From Flavobacteriales bacterium (GTDB taxonomy: Bacteria > Bacteroidota > Bacteroidia > Flavobacteriales_D > CAJJDF01): a stretch of DNA of 64,000 nucleotides. Location: positions 5,349 through 69,348 of the forward strand of contig CBFHVI010000005.1 in NCBI GenBank assembly GCA_965658995.1, written 5' to 3'. Numbering within the stretch: position 1 is the stretch's first letter; each line of letters begins with the position of its first letter. Both the position numbers and the translations under genes were made by a program. The notes under the pieces were generated by a model. That model ran no database searches and was not told where the DNA came from. It was given only the letters and a program-made list of their open reading frames with translations. Below, piece by piece: positions 9,776 to 18,894 of the stretch.

Positions 9776-11626
9776 TTATTTTTTCACTAAAGATTTTGTG
9801 ATGATACCCGATTTAGATTCTAACCTTATAAAGTATACTCCAGCATCAAGGTTGGCTACATTCATTTGATACAAAGCTGCGGTTCCATTGAATGCTTCTT
9901 GTGCAGAGAACACAGTTCTGCCTGTCGCATCAATCACAGAAATAGTCATCCTATCATTTGTTGCATTTTCCGCAAGTATTCTCACATTCAATAGGTCATT
10001 AGCAGGGTTTGGGAAGACAGAAACATCCAGCGAAGTTTCTATTTCTTTTACCGAAACAATAGGTTCTGCTAAACTAGTATCGATAGATAAGTAAACAATG
10101 TCATTGATTACGGCTGGATCTAAATCACCAGAGATAGAATGTCCTGGACTAAAATCTCTTTGGTAGATAATATGTATGTTGCTGTCTACATGTTTCGCCA
10201 TGGAAGGGTAAACTGCTTCGTAGATGGCAAAACTAAAGTCCGGAGTGTAATCTTCTGGGTCAGACCATGTAGTTCCCCCATCTGTTGAATTCATTACATA
10301 CAAATGACGGTAGGTTTGAACTCCATCTGAGTGTGTTTCTGCCATAGCTGCATAGACAAGGTACAACGTGTTGTTAGAAGCGACTCCGCAACTTGGCATA
10401 CTTGACATTCCTACTTGGTAAGAAGGAAAAGAACCACCAGAAGGAACAACTTCTAAAGCACCAGAACCATCTAAATCCAAAGCTCCTGCAATTACTTGGA
10501 TAGAATCTGCTCCAAAGCCTTCATTCCAATAAGCTAATCCATTTGTACCTGGAAAATAAGATGTATTACCATCGGTAGTATCAGCATCCAACACTCTCGT
10601 TTGTCCATAGAATACATGTACCACATTGTTTTTGTCAATCATCATAGCTCCCGATCCATCACAACTCAAAATCGTGTCGCTTTGTCCGTCTCCATTAATG
10701 TCAGATCCGTCATCATATGCATACTTGTTGATTGGGAAATCAGAGACAATTGTACTCGTCCATGAGTCTCCATTATTGGTCGATTTATAAACCAAAACAT
10801 CCCCCCAAGAATTATAGATAGCCATTGCTACGGTGTTACCGTTTGCGTCAATTGAGTACGCATCAGCCGAAACGTAAGTAAATACACTCGAATCTAACCC
10901 TGGTAGAATAGAATCTTGAATATCCCAAGTAACTCCTAAGTTTTGAGATCTGTAATACACTAAAGCGTTTATGAGTCCATTGTATGGCACAGCAGGTGTA
11001 GCCGAACTTCTTACTATTGCAATGACATGAATTGTGCTATCGTTTGTTCCTCCAATCACAGCTCTTGGCCATAAAACATCGTATCCAGTTGGAACAGAGG
11101 TTGGAATAATTGTTTCTTTCCAGATCCCAGTTCCTTTGGTAGATCGCTGATTCATGGTAAGACCTCCAGTTCCTGAATGCGAAATGATTACCTCATTGCC
11201 TGCGTTGGCACTCGATGCAAGGGCAGGCCAACCATTTCTGGTGGTCTCTACTTTTGAAGTTGGAAAAGCACCCCAAGAAGTCCCATTAAAATAATTGTAT
11301 CCAGCTCCTCTGTTTGTGTAAGGACTTACACCATTGTCCATGGTCCATACCGCAGAAATGGTTCCATCAGAATGATTGATAATTCTTCGTTGACTTGTTC
11401 CGTTTGTTTGTAGGTCATACACCGTGGTACCGATAGTCGTTTCTGCCAAAGATCGCGCTGCAGAAGAAGGAGCAATAGGTCCGCTTATGGATTCAGAACC
11501 ATCAGCAGCTCTTTCTTTTTTTACAGCGAAGTCCTTAGAGGCTTTTTGAATAATGCGGTAGGATGATTGTGCTCCCAAAGACCATGCTAATCCTATGGAG
11601 AAAAGAGTGAGTAAAGTTTTTTTCAT
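9776..11626 (-). CDS. T9SS-sorted secreted protein with BNR/Asp-box (sialidase-like propeller) repeats
   Basis: 616 aa with a signal peptide. Asp-boxes SQNLGVTW, STNNGDSW and STDGGTTW. C-terminal T9SS type-A CTD (VSVFPNPANDLLNV...GVYFIRL...KSLVKK). Confidence 0.75.
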   Translation of the reverse strand: MKKTLLTLFSIGLAWSLGAQSSYRIIQKASKDFAVKKERAADGSESISGPIAPSSAARSLAETTIGTTVYDLQTNGTSQRRIINHSDGTISAVWTMDNGVSPYTNRGAGYNYFNGTSWGAFPTSKVETTRNGWPALASSANAGNEVIISHSGTGGLTMNQRSTKGTGIWKETIIPTSVPTGYDVLWPRAVIGGTNDSTIHVIAIVRSSATPAVPYNGLINALVYYRSQNLGVTWDIQDSILPGLDSSVFTYVSADAYSIDANGNTVAMAIYNSWGDVLVYKSTNNGDSWTSTIVSDFPINKYAYDDGSDINGDGQSDTILSCDGSGAMMIDKNNVVHVFYGQTRVLDADTTDGNTSYFPGTNGLAYWNEGFGADSIQVIAGALDLDGSGALEVVPSGGSFPSYQVGMSSMPSCGVASNNTLYLVYAAMAETHSDGVQTYRHLYVMNSTDGGTTWSDPEDYTPDFSFAIYEAVYPSMAKHVDSNIHIIYQRDFSPGHSISGDLDPAVINDIVYLSIDTSLAEPIVSVKEIETSLDVSVFPNPANDLLNVRILAENATNDRMTISVIDATGRTVFSAQEAFNGTAALYQMNVANLDAGVYFIRLESKSGIITKSLVKK

Positions 11627-11706
11627 GAGTATGCAGTTTTACATTTATAGTTTCACTAAATTAAGGAAAATTATTAAATAATTATGTAAATGTTAAATTA
11701 AATTGT

Positions 11707-11714
11707 TATATTTG
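11707..11714 (+). promoter_or_regulatory. -7 promoter box (TATATTTG)
   Basis: Exact TAnnTTTG match, 30 nt upstream of ATG 11745. It overlaps the TTG start proposed by the ORF track. Confidence 0.5.
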
Positions 11715-11744
11715 AGATTACATATAATATTAAACTTATTAACA

Positions 11745-13013
11745 ATGAAAAAAATTTACTTAACTCTTGCAGGAATGATTTTTTCTGCAACAATGATGGC
11801 TCAAGCACCTATAAACCAAATGGTTTTTCAAGAGGCTCCAGCTCATCACACAGCGAGAGACTTAAAAGCTCCTCACAACTTTTCTAACAGATATACAATT
11901 GATAAGGTGAAGTTTAATTTTATCGATTTGAGTTCAAGCTACTATTCTTCAACTCCTGATTATGATTATTACTATACTTTCCCAGATTCAACTCCATTTG
12001 CTAATTACGGAGGAACTTTAGGAGCTCCTTTTTGTCATTCATTTGGGCAAGTATATGATTTATCTTCTCCGGTAATGAATCAAAACACGTTGGGGTATCC
12101 TTCAATTTTTGATATCTCAAGCTCAACAACCATCGATTCTATAGCTACTTATGGCGTGTGGGGTCAATCAAGATCTGGTGCTACCGATACAATTATTTTT
12201 AGAGTAGTAGTTCCAACAACAGGGGTTAATTTAGATAGAGTGTTTTACTTCACAGGAACTGCTTCAAACTACCCAGCGAGTAACGATACTACAAGATTTG
12301 CTATGTTGAATACAGATTCTAATACTTGGGTAGTGCCAGGTGCAATTGCTGAATACAAAGTGCCGTTGAGAGTTCAAGATACTTTAGCAAACGGACTTCA
12401 ATATGTAAAAACACCAGCAGGAGTTAATGTAGACAGAGTATTTGCTGTAACAATTGATTTCAAACCAGGAAGTACTTACACTCCTTATGTGGATACTATG
12501 GGATTTGGTGTAGGTTCTTGGACACAAGTTACTGCAGAGTTGAACGGAGACGGAACATATAGCAACTATGTACCAGGTGACTTGACAGCTTCTAATACTG
12601 TTACTTCTCAGGTAAGACATGCTGCTCCAGGAGGTGGATGGAACGGAAGATACATTCCTTATTTGGCTTACGGAGCGGGAATATATGAGTCAATTGATAT
12701 TGATTTGACGTTGTCTCAAACAAACGCTATTTCTGTAAAAGAAAATGTAAGCGAGGCGAAATTGTTCCAAAACTACCCGAACCCAGCAAATGCATTTACC
12801 ACTGTGAAGTATGCGCTAGAAAACAATGCAGAGGTTACTTTCGAAGTAATGGATGTTACAGGGAAGAAAGTAATTTCTACTTTCGAAGGAAACAGAAATG
12901 CAGGTACTCATACAATTGAAATAAATTCAAATGAATTAAATGCAGGATTGTATTTTTATTCTATCGTTGTAAACGGAAAAAGAATTACTAAAAAGATGAC
13001 TATCACGAAATAA
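11745..13013 (+). CDS. T9SS-sorted secreted protein, unknown function
   Basis: Start taken at MKKIYLTLAGMIFSATMMAQA (signal peptide). C-terminal T9SS CTD (LFQNYPNPANAFTTV...GLYFYSIVVNGKRITKKM). Confidence 0.7.
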   Translation: MKKIYLTLAGMIFSATMMAQAPINQMVFQEAPAHHTARDLKAPHNFSNRYTIDKVKFNFIDLSSSYYSSTPDYDYYYTFPDSTPFANYGGTLGAPFCHSFGQVYDLSSPVMNQNTLGYPSIFDISSSTTIDSIATYGVWGQSRSGATDTIIFRVVVPTTGVNLDRVFYFTGTASNYPASNDTTRFAMLNTDSNTWVVPGAIAEYKVPLRVQDTLANGLQYVKTPAGVNVDRVFAVTIDFKPGSTYTPYVDTMGFGVGSWTQVTAELNGDGTYSNYVPGDLTASNTVTSQVRHAAPGGGWNGRYIPYLAYGAGIYESIDIDLTLSQTNAISVKENVSEAKLFQNYPNPANAFTTVKYALENNAEVTFEVMDVTGKKVISTFEGNRNAGTHTIEINSNELNAGLYFYSIVVNGKRITKKMTITK

Positions 13014-13036
13014 GCAAACGATTTATTTGGTAACTT

Positions 13037-13070
13037 AAAGCTCCAGTCTTCACAGGCTGGAGCTTTTTTT
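13037..13070 (+). terminator. rho-independent terminator
   Basis: AGCTCCAG ... CTGGAGCT stem (13039-13046 / 13057-13064) followed by a T7 run. Confidence 0.75.
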
Positions 13071-13323
13071 ATGAACTAAATTTTGCAATTTGAAAACAAT
13101 TTTACTTTTGTAGTTCTCTAATTTATTGTAAGTATAGTTTTTGGTAATCTCTGGACACAGTGTCTAAGCATATTTTTGAGAAAGCAGGTGCTCATTAAAC
13201 TGTTCATTTGCTAAAAATAATATCAATCGGAAATACAACGCCTATTTCCTAATGGATTAGTCGCATATCTAGCTAGAGAAACACCAAGAGTGACAACTTA
13301 AAAGGAATGAAATTGTAAGGCAT

Positions 13324-13359
13324 AAAAAAAACTTCAGTGCAATACTGAAGCTTTTATTT
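13324..13359 (-). terminator. terminator hairpin downstream of tRNA-Val (bidirectional in shape)
   Basis: CTTCAGT-GCAAT-ACTGAAG stem, with T8 on the minus strand and CTTTTATTT on the plus strand. Confidence 0.65.
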
Positions 13360-13360
13360 G

Positions 13361-13435
13361 TGGGCAATGAGGGATTCGAACCCCCGACCCCCTCGGTGTA
13401 AACGAGGTGCTCTGAACCAACTGAGCTAATTGCCC
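13361..13435 (-). tRNA. tRNA-Val (anticodon UAC)
   Basis: Reverse complement folds as a cloverleaf: acceptor GGGCAAT/ATTGCCC, D arm GCTC/GAGC, anticodon stem CCTCG/CGAGG with loop TTTACAC, T arm GGGGG-TTCGAAT-CCCTC. 75 nt, no encoded CCA. Confidence 0.93.
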
Positions 13436-13452
13436 TCTTTTGATTGGGTTTG

Positions 13453-13460
13453 CAAATATA
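13453..13460 (-). promoter_or_regulatory. -7 promoter box (TATATTTG) for tRNA-Val
   Basis: Exact TAnnTTTG match on the minus strand, 17 nt upstream of the tRNA 5' end. A TTTG lies about 20 nt further upstream. Confidence 0.55.
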
Positions 13461-13623
13461 GAGATATTTTTATTTTGTAAGCAAATATCTTAACAAAAAA
13501 GATTAATAAAGTTTTGGTTTGAGATCTAAACAGGGGTTAAACCTCAATAAATCAAACTCTTGAAGGGATAAAAAAAAGCGTTGATTAATGCCGTTTTATT
13601 GCAAAAAAATCGGCTGAGATGAC

Positions 13624-13631
13624 TATCTTTG
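13624..13631 (+). promoter_or_regulatory. -7 promoter box (TATCTTTG) for purH-mreBCD
   Basis: Exact TAnnTTTG match, 16 nt upstream of ATG 13648. Confidence 0.5.
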
Positions 13632-13647
13632 TGAAAAACGTAAAAGA

Positions 13648-15174
13648 ATGTCCCGAAAAAAGATAAAATCAGCCTTAATCTCCGTTTTCTACAAAGATGG
13701 GTTGGAGCCGATTGTAAAAAAGCTAAACGAACAAGGAGTCACGATATATTCAACCGGAGGAACCCAACAATTTATTGAGAAACTCGGGATTCAAGTGGTT
13801 GCGGTAGAGGAGTTGACTTCTTATCCTTCTATTTTGGGAGGGAGGGTGAAAACCCTTCATCCAAAAGTATTTGGAGGTATTTTGACGAGAAGATCAAACG
13901 AAAGTGACCAAAAGGAGATAGAAGAATTCGAAATTCCAGAATTAGATTTAGTAATTGTCGATTTATACCCCTTTGAAGAAACGGTGAAATCTGGAGCGAG
14001 CGAAGAAGACATAATTGAGAAAATAGACATAGGAGGAATTTCATTGATTAGAGCTGCAGCAAAGAATTTCAAAGATGTAACAATTGTTTCTTCGGTATAT
14101 CAATATGAAAAGCTGTTGGAGCTTCTTACGAAGAATGAGGGTGGACTATCACTGGATGAAAGAAAAGAATTTGCCAAAGATTCATTTGATGTTTCTTCTA
14201 ATTATGATTCTCATATTTTCAATTACTTTGATGGGAACAACAAGTCGTCATTCAAACAAACCATTCAAGAAAAATCGGTATTGAGATATGGTGAAAATCC
14301 GCATCAGAAAGGGAGTTTTTATGGGGATTTAGAAGGTTTTTTTGATAAATTACACGGAAAGGAATTGTCCTACAACAACTTACTGGATGTTGATGCGGCA
14401 GTAAACTTGATTCTCGAATTCAAAGATTCCATGCCAACATTTGCGATTCTTAAACACAATAATGCATGTGGTTTGGCTTCGAGGTCTTCCATTTCTGAAG
14501 CCTACACCTATGCTCTTGCTGGAGATCCAGTTTCAGCATTTGGTGGTGTGTTGATTTCCAATACCGAAATTGATAAGGAAACAGCAGAAAAAATTCATAC
14601 CTTGTTTTGTGAGGTAGTAATTGCTCCCTCATACTCAGCTGAGGCTTTACAAATTTTGAAAGGAAAGAAGAACAGAATCTTGCTAGTTCAAAAACAGTTT
14701 TCTTTGCCAAGAAATCAATTCAGGACTATATTGAACGGTGTGTTGGTACAAGACAAAGACTTTGTGACTGATTCTAAAAATGATTTTAGAACGGTAACAA
14801 CCATTTCACCAACAGATTCTCAAATGAGAGACTTAGAATTCGCAGGAAAAATATGTAAACACACAAAGTCTAATACGATAGTACTAGCAAAAAATGGACA
14901 GCTATTGGCAAGCGGAACAGGTCAAACATCCAGAGTAGATGCATTAAATCAGGCAATCCACAAAGCCAAGTCTTTTGGTTTTGATTTGCAAGATGCCGTG
15001 ATGGCGTCTGATGCCTTTTTTCCGTTTCCGGATTGTGTAGAAATTGCGGGAAATGAGGGGATAAATGCGGTAGTTCAGCCTGGTGGATCCATAAAGGATG
15101 AACTTTCTATTGACTATTGCAATTCAAATAAAATATCGATGGTATTTACCGGTACCAGACACTTTAAACACTAG
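13648..15174 (+). CDS. purH: bifunctional AICAR transformylase / IMP cyclohydrolase
   Basis: 508 aa. ALISVFYKDGL, GGRVKTLHPKVFGGIL, VVDLYPF, LRYGENPHQ, KHNNACG and TGTRHFKH blocks. Confidence 0.95.
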   Translation: MSRKKIKSALISVFYKDGLEPIVKKLNEQGVTIYSTGGTQQFIEKLGIQVVAVEELTSYPSILGGRVKTLHPKVFGGILTRRSNESDQKEIEEFEIPELDLVIVDLYPFEETVKSGASEEDIIEKIDIGGISLIRAAAKNFKDVTIVSSVYQYEKLLELLTKNEGGLSLDERKEFAKDSFDVSSNYDSHIFNYFDGNNKSSFKQTIQEKSVLRYGENPHQKGSFYGDLEGFFDKLHGKELSYNNLLDVDAAVNLILEFKDSMPTFAILKHNNACGLASRSSISEAYTYALAGDPVSAFGGVLISNTEIDKETAEKIHTLFCEVVIAPSYSAEALQILKGKKNRILLVQKQFSLPRNQFRTILNGVLVQDKDFVTDSKNDFRTVTTISPTDSQMRDLEFAGKICKHTKSNTIVLAKNGQLLASGTGQTSRVDALNQAIHKAKSFGFDLQDAVMASDAFFPFPDCVEIAGNEGINAVVQPGGSIKDELSIDYCNSNKISMVFTGTRHFKH

Positions 15175-15179
15175 AAATA

Positions 15180-16214
15180 ATGGGACTATTTAGTTTTTTT
15201 CAACAAGAGATCGCCATTGATTTAGGTACAGCGAACACAATTATCATACAAAATGGTAAAATAGTGGTGGATGAACCTTCCATTGTGGCAATGGACATAA
15301 AAACCGATAAAATAATTGCGATAGGAAAACGTGCACAACAGATGCATGGAAAAACACATGAAAATATAAAGACCATTCGACCTTTGAAAGATGGAGTAAT
15401 CGCAGATTACAAAGCGACAGAAGAGATGATCAAAGGGATGATTAAAATGACGCAAGAAAAAAAGAATGTCTTTTCGTCTTTGTCTAAAATTCGTATGATG
15501 ATTTGTATCCCGTCTGGTATTACCGAGGTTGAGAAACGAGCGGTAAGTGATTCGGCTCAGCATGCCGGGGCAAGGGAGGTATACTTGATACACGAACCCA
15601 TGGCCGCTGCAATTGGTATTGGTATAGATGTGCAAGAACCCATGGGAAATATGATTATTGATATTGGGGGAGGTACTTCTGAAATTGCGGTTATTGCTCT
15701 TGGTGGAATTGTGTGTGATAAATCAATTAGAGTTGCGGGAGATGATTTTACTGCTGATATTGAAGATTATATGAGAAGGCAACACAATATTCTTATAGGG
15801 GAAAGAACAGCCGAAATGATTAAAATTGAGGTGGGGTCTGCAACGATGGATCTCGATGATCCACCAGAAGATTATGCCGTGAGAGGAAGAGATTTGATGA
15901 CAGGAATTCCCAAAGAAATTACTATTTCTTACAAGGAAATTGCTCAAGCGTTGGACAAATCCATTACAAAAATTGAAGAAGCAATCCTGTCCGCTCTGGA
16001 AATGACTCCTCCTGAACTTTCGGCAGATATATACAAAACGGGTATTTACCTTGCCGGTGGAGGATCTTTGCTAAGAGGGTTAGACAAACGTTTTTCCTCG
16101 AGAACTCAATTGCCTATTCATGTTGCCGATGAGCCATTGAGATCAGTGGTGAGAGGAACAGGAATAGCTCTTGATAATATTGATAGATTCCAATTCCTTA
16201 TGAAAGGGATATAA
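15180..16214 (+). CDS. mreB: rod shape-determining protein MreB
   Basis: 344 aa. IAIDLGTANT, DIGGGTSEIAV and actin-like ATPase motifs. Confidence 0.95.
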   Translation: MGLFSFFQQEIAIDLGTANTIIIQNGKIVVDEPSIVAMDIKTDKIIAIGKRAQQMHGKTHENIKTIRPLKDGVIADYKATEEMIKGMIKMTQEKKNVFSSLSKIRMMICIPSGITEVEKRAVSDSAQHAGAREVYLIHEPMAAAIGIGIDVQEPMGNMIIDIGGGTSEIAVIALGGIVCDKSIRVAGDDFTADIEDYMRRQHNILIGERTAEMIKIEVGSATMDLDDPPEDYAVRGRDLMTGIPKEITISYKEIAQALDKSITKIEEAILSALEMTPPELSADIYKTGIYLAGGGSLLRGLDKRFSSRTQLPIHVADEPLRSVVRGTGIALDNIDRFQFLMKGI

Positions 16215-16247
16215 AGTACCTAGTAATTTTTAACAGGCGAGCACTTC

Positions 16248-17081
16248 ATGAAAAACTTATTTTTATTTTTTAATAAAATTAGATTCCTATTGTTTTTTAT
16301 AGTGCTTCAATTGTTTGTATTTTTTCTCATTCAAAGGAATTCAAGTTATCAGCAAGCCCAAATTTTAAATTCGAGTGCAGGTATGTCTGGCTGGTTGTTT
16401 CAAAAGAAAAATTCGGTTTTACAATATTTCAACTTAAAAAAAGAAAACGAAATATTGGCTAACCAAAACGCTCAGTTAAAACAAGAAGCGTTCTTTAATT
16501 ACAGCATTGTTTCGGAGAATTTAATTGAGATAAATAACGATTTATACACCAAACAGTATTTGTTTCAGCCAGCTGCAGTGATACAAAACTCAACGAGCAG
16601 AGACAAGAATATTTTGACTTTGGATATAGGAACCACCAAGCATACAAAACCTGAAATGGGCGTGGTAAACTCAAGGGGAATCGTTGGATTTGTCCGGAAT
16701 GTCTCTCATCACTTCTCTACAGTAATGAGTTTAATGAACACGGAATTTAAAATCCCTGTCAAGCCCTTGAATGACAGCTGTATCGGGACTTTACAATGGC
16801 TGCCAGCTGATAAGGTAAACGAAATGACAGTAAAGGGAATTCCTTCCTATTTCACAATAAGTAAAGGAGATACAATTATTACTCAAGGAGGCTCCGGCAT
16901 TTTCCCTCAAGGTGAAATGGTAGGTGTAGTAACTCAAACAAAACCAGAAGCTGGGAGCAATAACCAAGTAGTGAAAATAAAAACTGCCGTGGATTTTTAT
17001 GCTGTACATCACGTATTTGTAGTCAATAATATTTACAAAGCAGAACTGGATTCTGTGCTTCAAGCTATAAGAAAAGAATGA
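16248..17081 (+). CDS. mreC: rod shape-determining protein MreC
   Basis: 277 aa. N-terminal TM, coiled-coil (ENEILANQNAQLKQE) and GIFPQG motif. Located between mreB and mreD. Confidence 0.8.
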   Translation: MKNLFLFFNKIRFLLFFIVLQLFVFFLIQRNSSYQQAQILNSSAGMSGWLFQKKNSVLQYFNLKKENEILANQNAQLKQEAFFNYSIVSENLIEINNDLYTKQYLFQPAAVIQNSTSRDKNILTLDIGTTKHTKPEMGVVNSRGIVGFVRNVSHHFSTVMSLMNTEFKIPVKPLNDSCIGTLQWLPADKVNEMTVKGIPSYFTISKGDTIITQGGSGIFPQGEMVGVVTQTKPEAGSNNQVVKIKTAVDFYAVHHVFVVNNIYKAELDSVLQAIRKE

Positions 17082-17599
17082 ACTTAATTAGTGCAAATAT
17101 CTTTCGATTTGTAGGCCTTATACTCCTTCAGGTCTTCGTGGTAAATCAAATAGATTTGGGATTTTTGAACTCCTACATTTCTCTGGCAGTCTATGTTTCT
17201 TTTTTGTTGACTTTTTCTACCAAGATATCTAAGTATGTAACAATGCTTGTCGCTTTGTTGTTAGGGCTTAGTATAGATATGTTTTTAAATACAGATGGGA
17301 TTCATGCTTCGGCCTGTTTATTTTTGGCCCTCGTTCGTCCCTATTTACTTAGAAGAATCCAAACTGCCAATCCTCTTGAAAATGTGCAGGAGTTGACTGT
17401 GTATACCGAAGACATTCAAAAGTATTCTCTATACTCCGTTTTATTACTTGGGGCTTTTTTCTTTTGGCTTTTTTTGATAGAGGAGTTCTCCTTACATGCT
17501 CTTCCCCTCATTCTTGTAAAAACTGTTTTGAGCACTATATTTACGACTCTACTTATTATTATTGGTCAATACTTACTGTATCGTAAACTCAAAAACTAA
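17078..17599 (+). CDS. mreD: rod shape-determining protein MreD
   Basis: 173-aa polytopic membrane protein. ATGA overlap with mreC. Position-based call. Confidence 0.65.
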   Translation: MNLISANIFRFVGLILLQVFVVNQIDLGFLNSYISLAVYVSFLLTFSTKISKYVTMLVALLLGLSIDMFLNTDGIHASACLFLALVRPYLLRRIQTANPLENVQELTVYTEDIQKYSLYSVLLLGAFFFWLFLIEEFSLHALPLILVKTVLSTIFTTLLIIIGQYLLYRKLKN

Positions 17600-17606
17600 A
17601 CGAATC

Positions 17607-18650
17607 ATGATAGATATTAAATTACTTTCGGAAATATGTGAAACGCCTGGGGCTCCTGGATTTGAGGACAGAATTAGAAGAGTTGTTTTGAGAGAAATTG
17701 AGAATTTGGTGGATGAATTCTCGATTGATAATCTTGGAAACGTTACCGCTGTAAAAAAAGGGAACAATAGCGATAAAAAAGTGATGCTAGGTGCTCATAT
17801 GGATGAAATAGGATTTATTGTTACTCATATTGATGACAATGGGTTTGTTCGTTTTCATACCTTGGGAGGGTTTGACCCAAAGACGCTAACAGCACAGAGA
17901 GTAATCGTGCACGGAAAGAAGGATTTGATGGGCGTTATGGGTTCAAAACCAATTCACGTAATGTCTGCCGAAGAGAGAACAAAGATGCCTAAAACTACAG
18001 ACTATTTTATTGATCTTGGAATGAGCAAAAAAGAGGTTGAAGAGTACGTTGAAGTAGGAAATCCTATTACTAGAAAAAGAGGATTGATTGAGATGGGTGA
18101 TTGTGTAAATTGTAAGTCGATAGACAATCGTGTGTCGGTTTTTATTTTGATTGAAGTGTTGAAGCAACTAAAAGAGGTGCCCTATGATGTGTATGCCGTG
18201 TTCACGGTGCAAGAGGAAGTTGGATTAAGAGGTGCTAATGTTTCAGCATTGAATATCAACCCAGACTTCGGTTTTGGGATAGATACAACTATAGCATTTG
18301 ATGTTCCAGGAGCTTCTGCCCACGAGAAAGTTACTGAATTGGGTAAAGGAACCGCCATTAAAATTATGGATTCACAAACTATCTGTGATCACAGAATGGT
18401 GAGTTTTATGAAGAAAACAGCGGGGATTCATAATATTACATGGCAGCCAGAAATCTTGCCTGCCGGAGGAACGGATACTGCGGGTATTCAACGAATGACC
18501 CCAGGAGGTTCAATTGCCGGGGCAGTTTCTATTCCTACTCGTCATATTCATCAATCAATTGAAATGGCGAATAAAAAGGATATAAAAGGAAGTATTGATC
18601 TCCTCGTTGCCTGCTTGAGCGAGATTGACCAGTATAATTGGAGTTTCTAG
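17607..18650 (+). CDS. M42 family metallopeptidase (glutamyl aminopeptidase/FrvX-like)
   Basis: Start taken at MIDIKLLSEICETPGAPGFE. AHMDEIGF, VQEEVGLRGA and GTDT motifs. Confidence 0.85.
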   Translation: MIDIKLLSEICETPGAPGFEDRIRRVVLREIENLVDEFSIDNLGNVTAVKKGNNSDKKVMLGAHMDEIGFIVTHIDDNGFVRFHTLGGFDPKTLTAQRVIVHGKKDLMGVMGSKPIHVMSAEERTKMPKTTDYFIDLGMSKKEVEEYVEVGNPITRKRGLIEMGDCVNCKSIDNRVSVFILIEVLKQLKEVPYDVYAVFTVQEEVGLRGANVSALNINPDFGFGIDTTIAFDVPGASAHEKVTELGKGTAIKIMDSQTICDHRMVSFMKKTAGIHNITWQPEILPAGGTDTAGIQRMTPGGSIAGAVSIPTRHIHQSIEMANKKDIKGSIDLLVACLSEIDQYNWSF

Positions 18651-18763
18651 GAAGATAGCTCGTTTTTAGTTGTAACAGACAACCCTAAACAGCTGATATG
18701 TACGGCATTAGAGGTAACAACGTTAAACAAAGAAAAAAGGCTGGGAATTCTCAATAAAAAAGA

Positions 18764-18790
18764 GTCATTTTGAACTTGATTCAGAATCTC
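18764..18790. repeat. solo arm of the GTCA-(YYCTGAA-loop-TTCAGRR)-TCT hairpin repeat family
   Basis: GTCATTTTGAACTTGATTCAGAATCTC. It lies in the convergent spacer between the M42 peptidase and the 2OG oxygenase. Confidence 0.8.
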
Positions 18791-18894
18791 TTGGTTCACT
18801 CCATTTCTAGCTAAAAAAAAAGTAGTTAATCAATAGAAAAACAAATGTCAATTTCATTGGCAAATTATCATAGAGGCTAATCATCAAAACATGT

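Noticed and set aside
11703-11744. N-terminal extensions proposed by the ORF track (TTG 11703; also 9735, 27873, 28688, 30704, 52386, 53907, 17562)
   Set aside because: Each extension overlaps a -7 box, a terminator or the preceding gene. In each case an internal Met gives a canonical N-terminus (signal peptide or family-typical start).
13436-13647. ZTP (pfl) or other purine-related riboswitch upstream of purH
   Set aside because: I looked for the conserved GGGTCGTGACTGGCG and CCGCCTGGGC-type cores and found nothing similar. The region is explained by two promoters (tRNA-Val and purH).
13071-13647. Integrated element next to tRNA-Val
   Set aside because: There is no integrase, no direct repeat of the tRNA 3' end and no foreign-looking genes. 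The flanks are short non-coding spacers.
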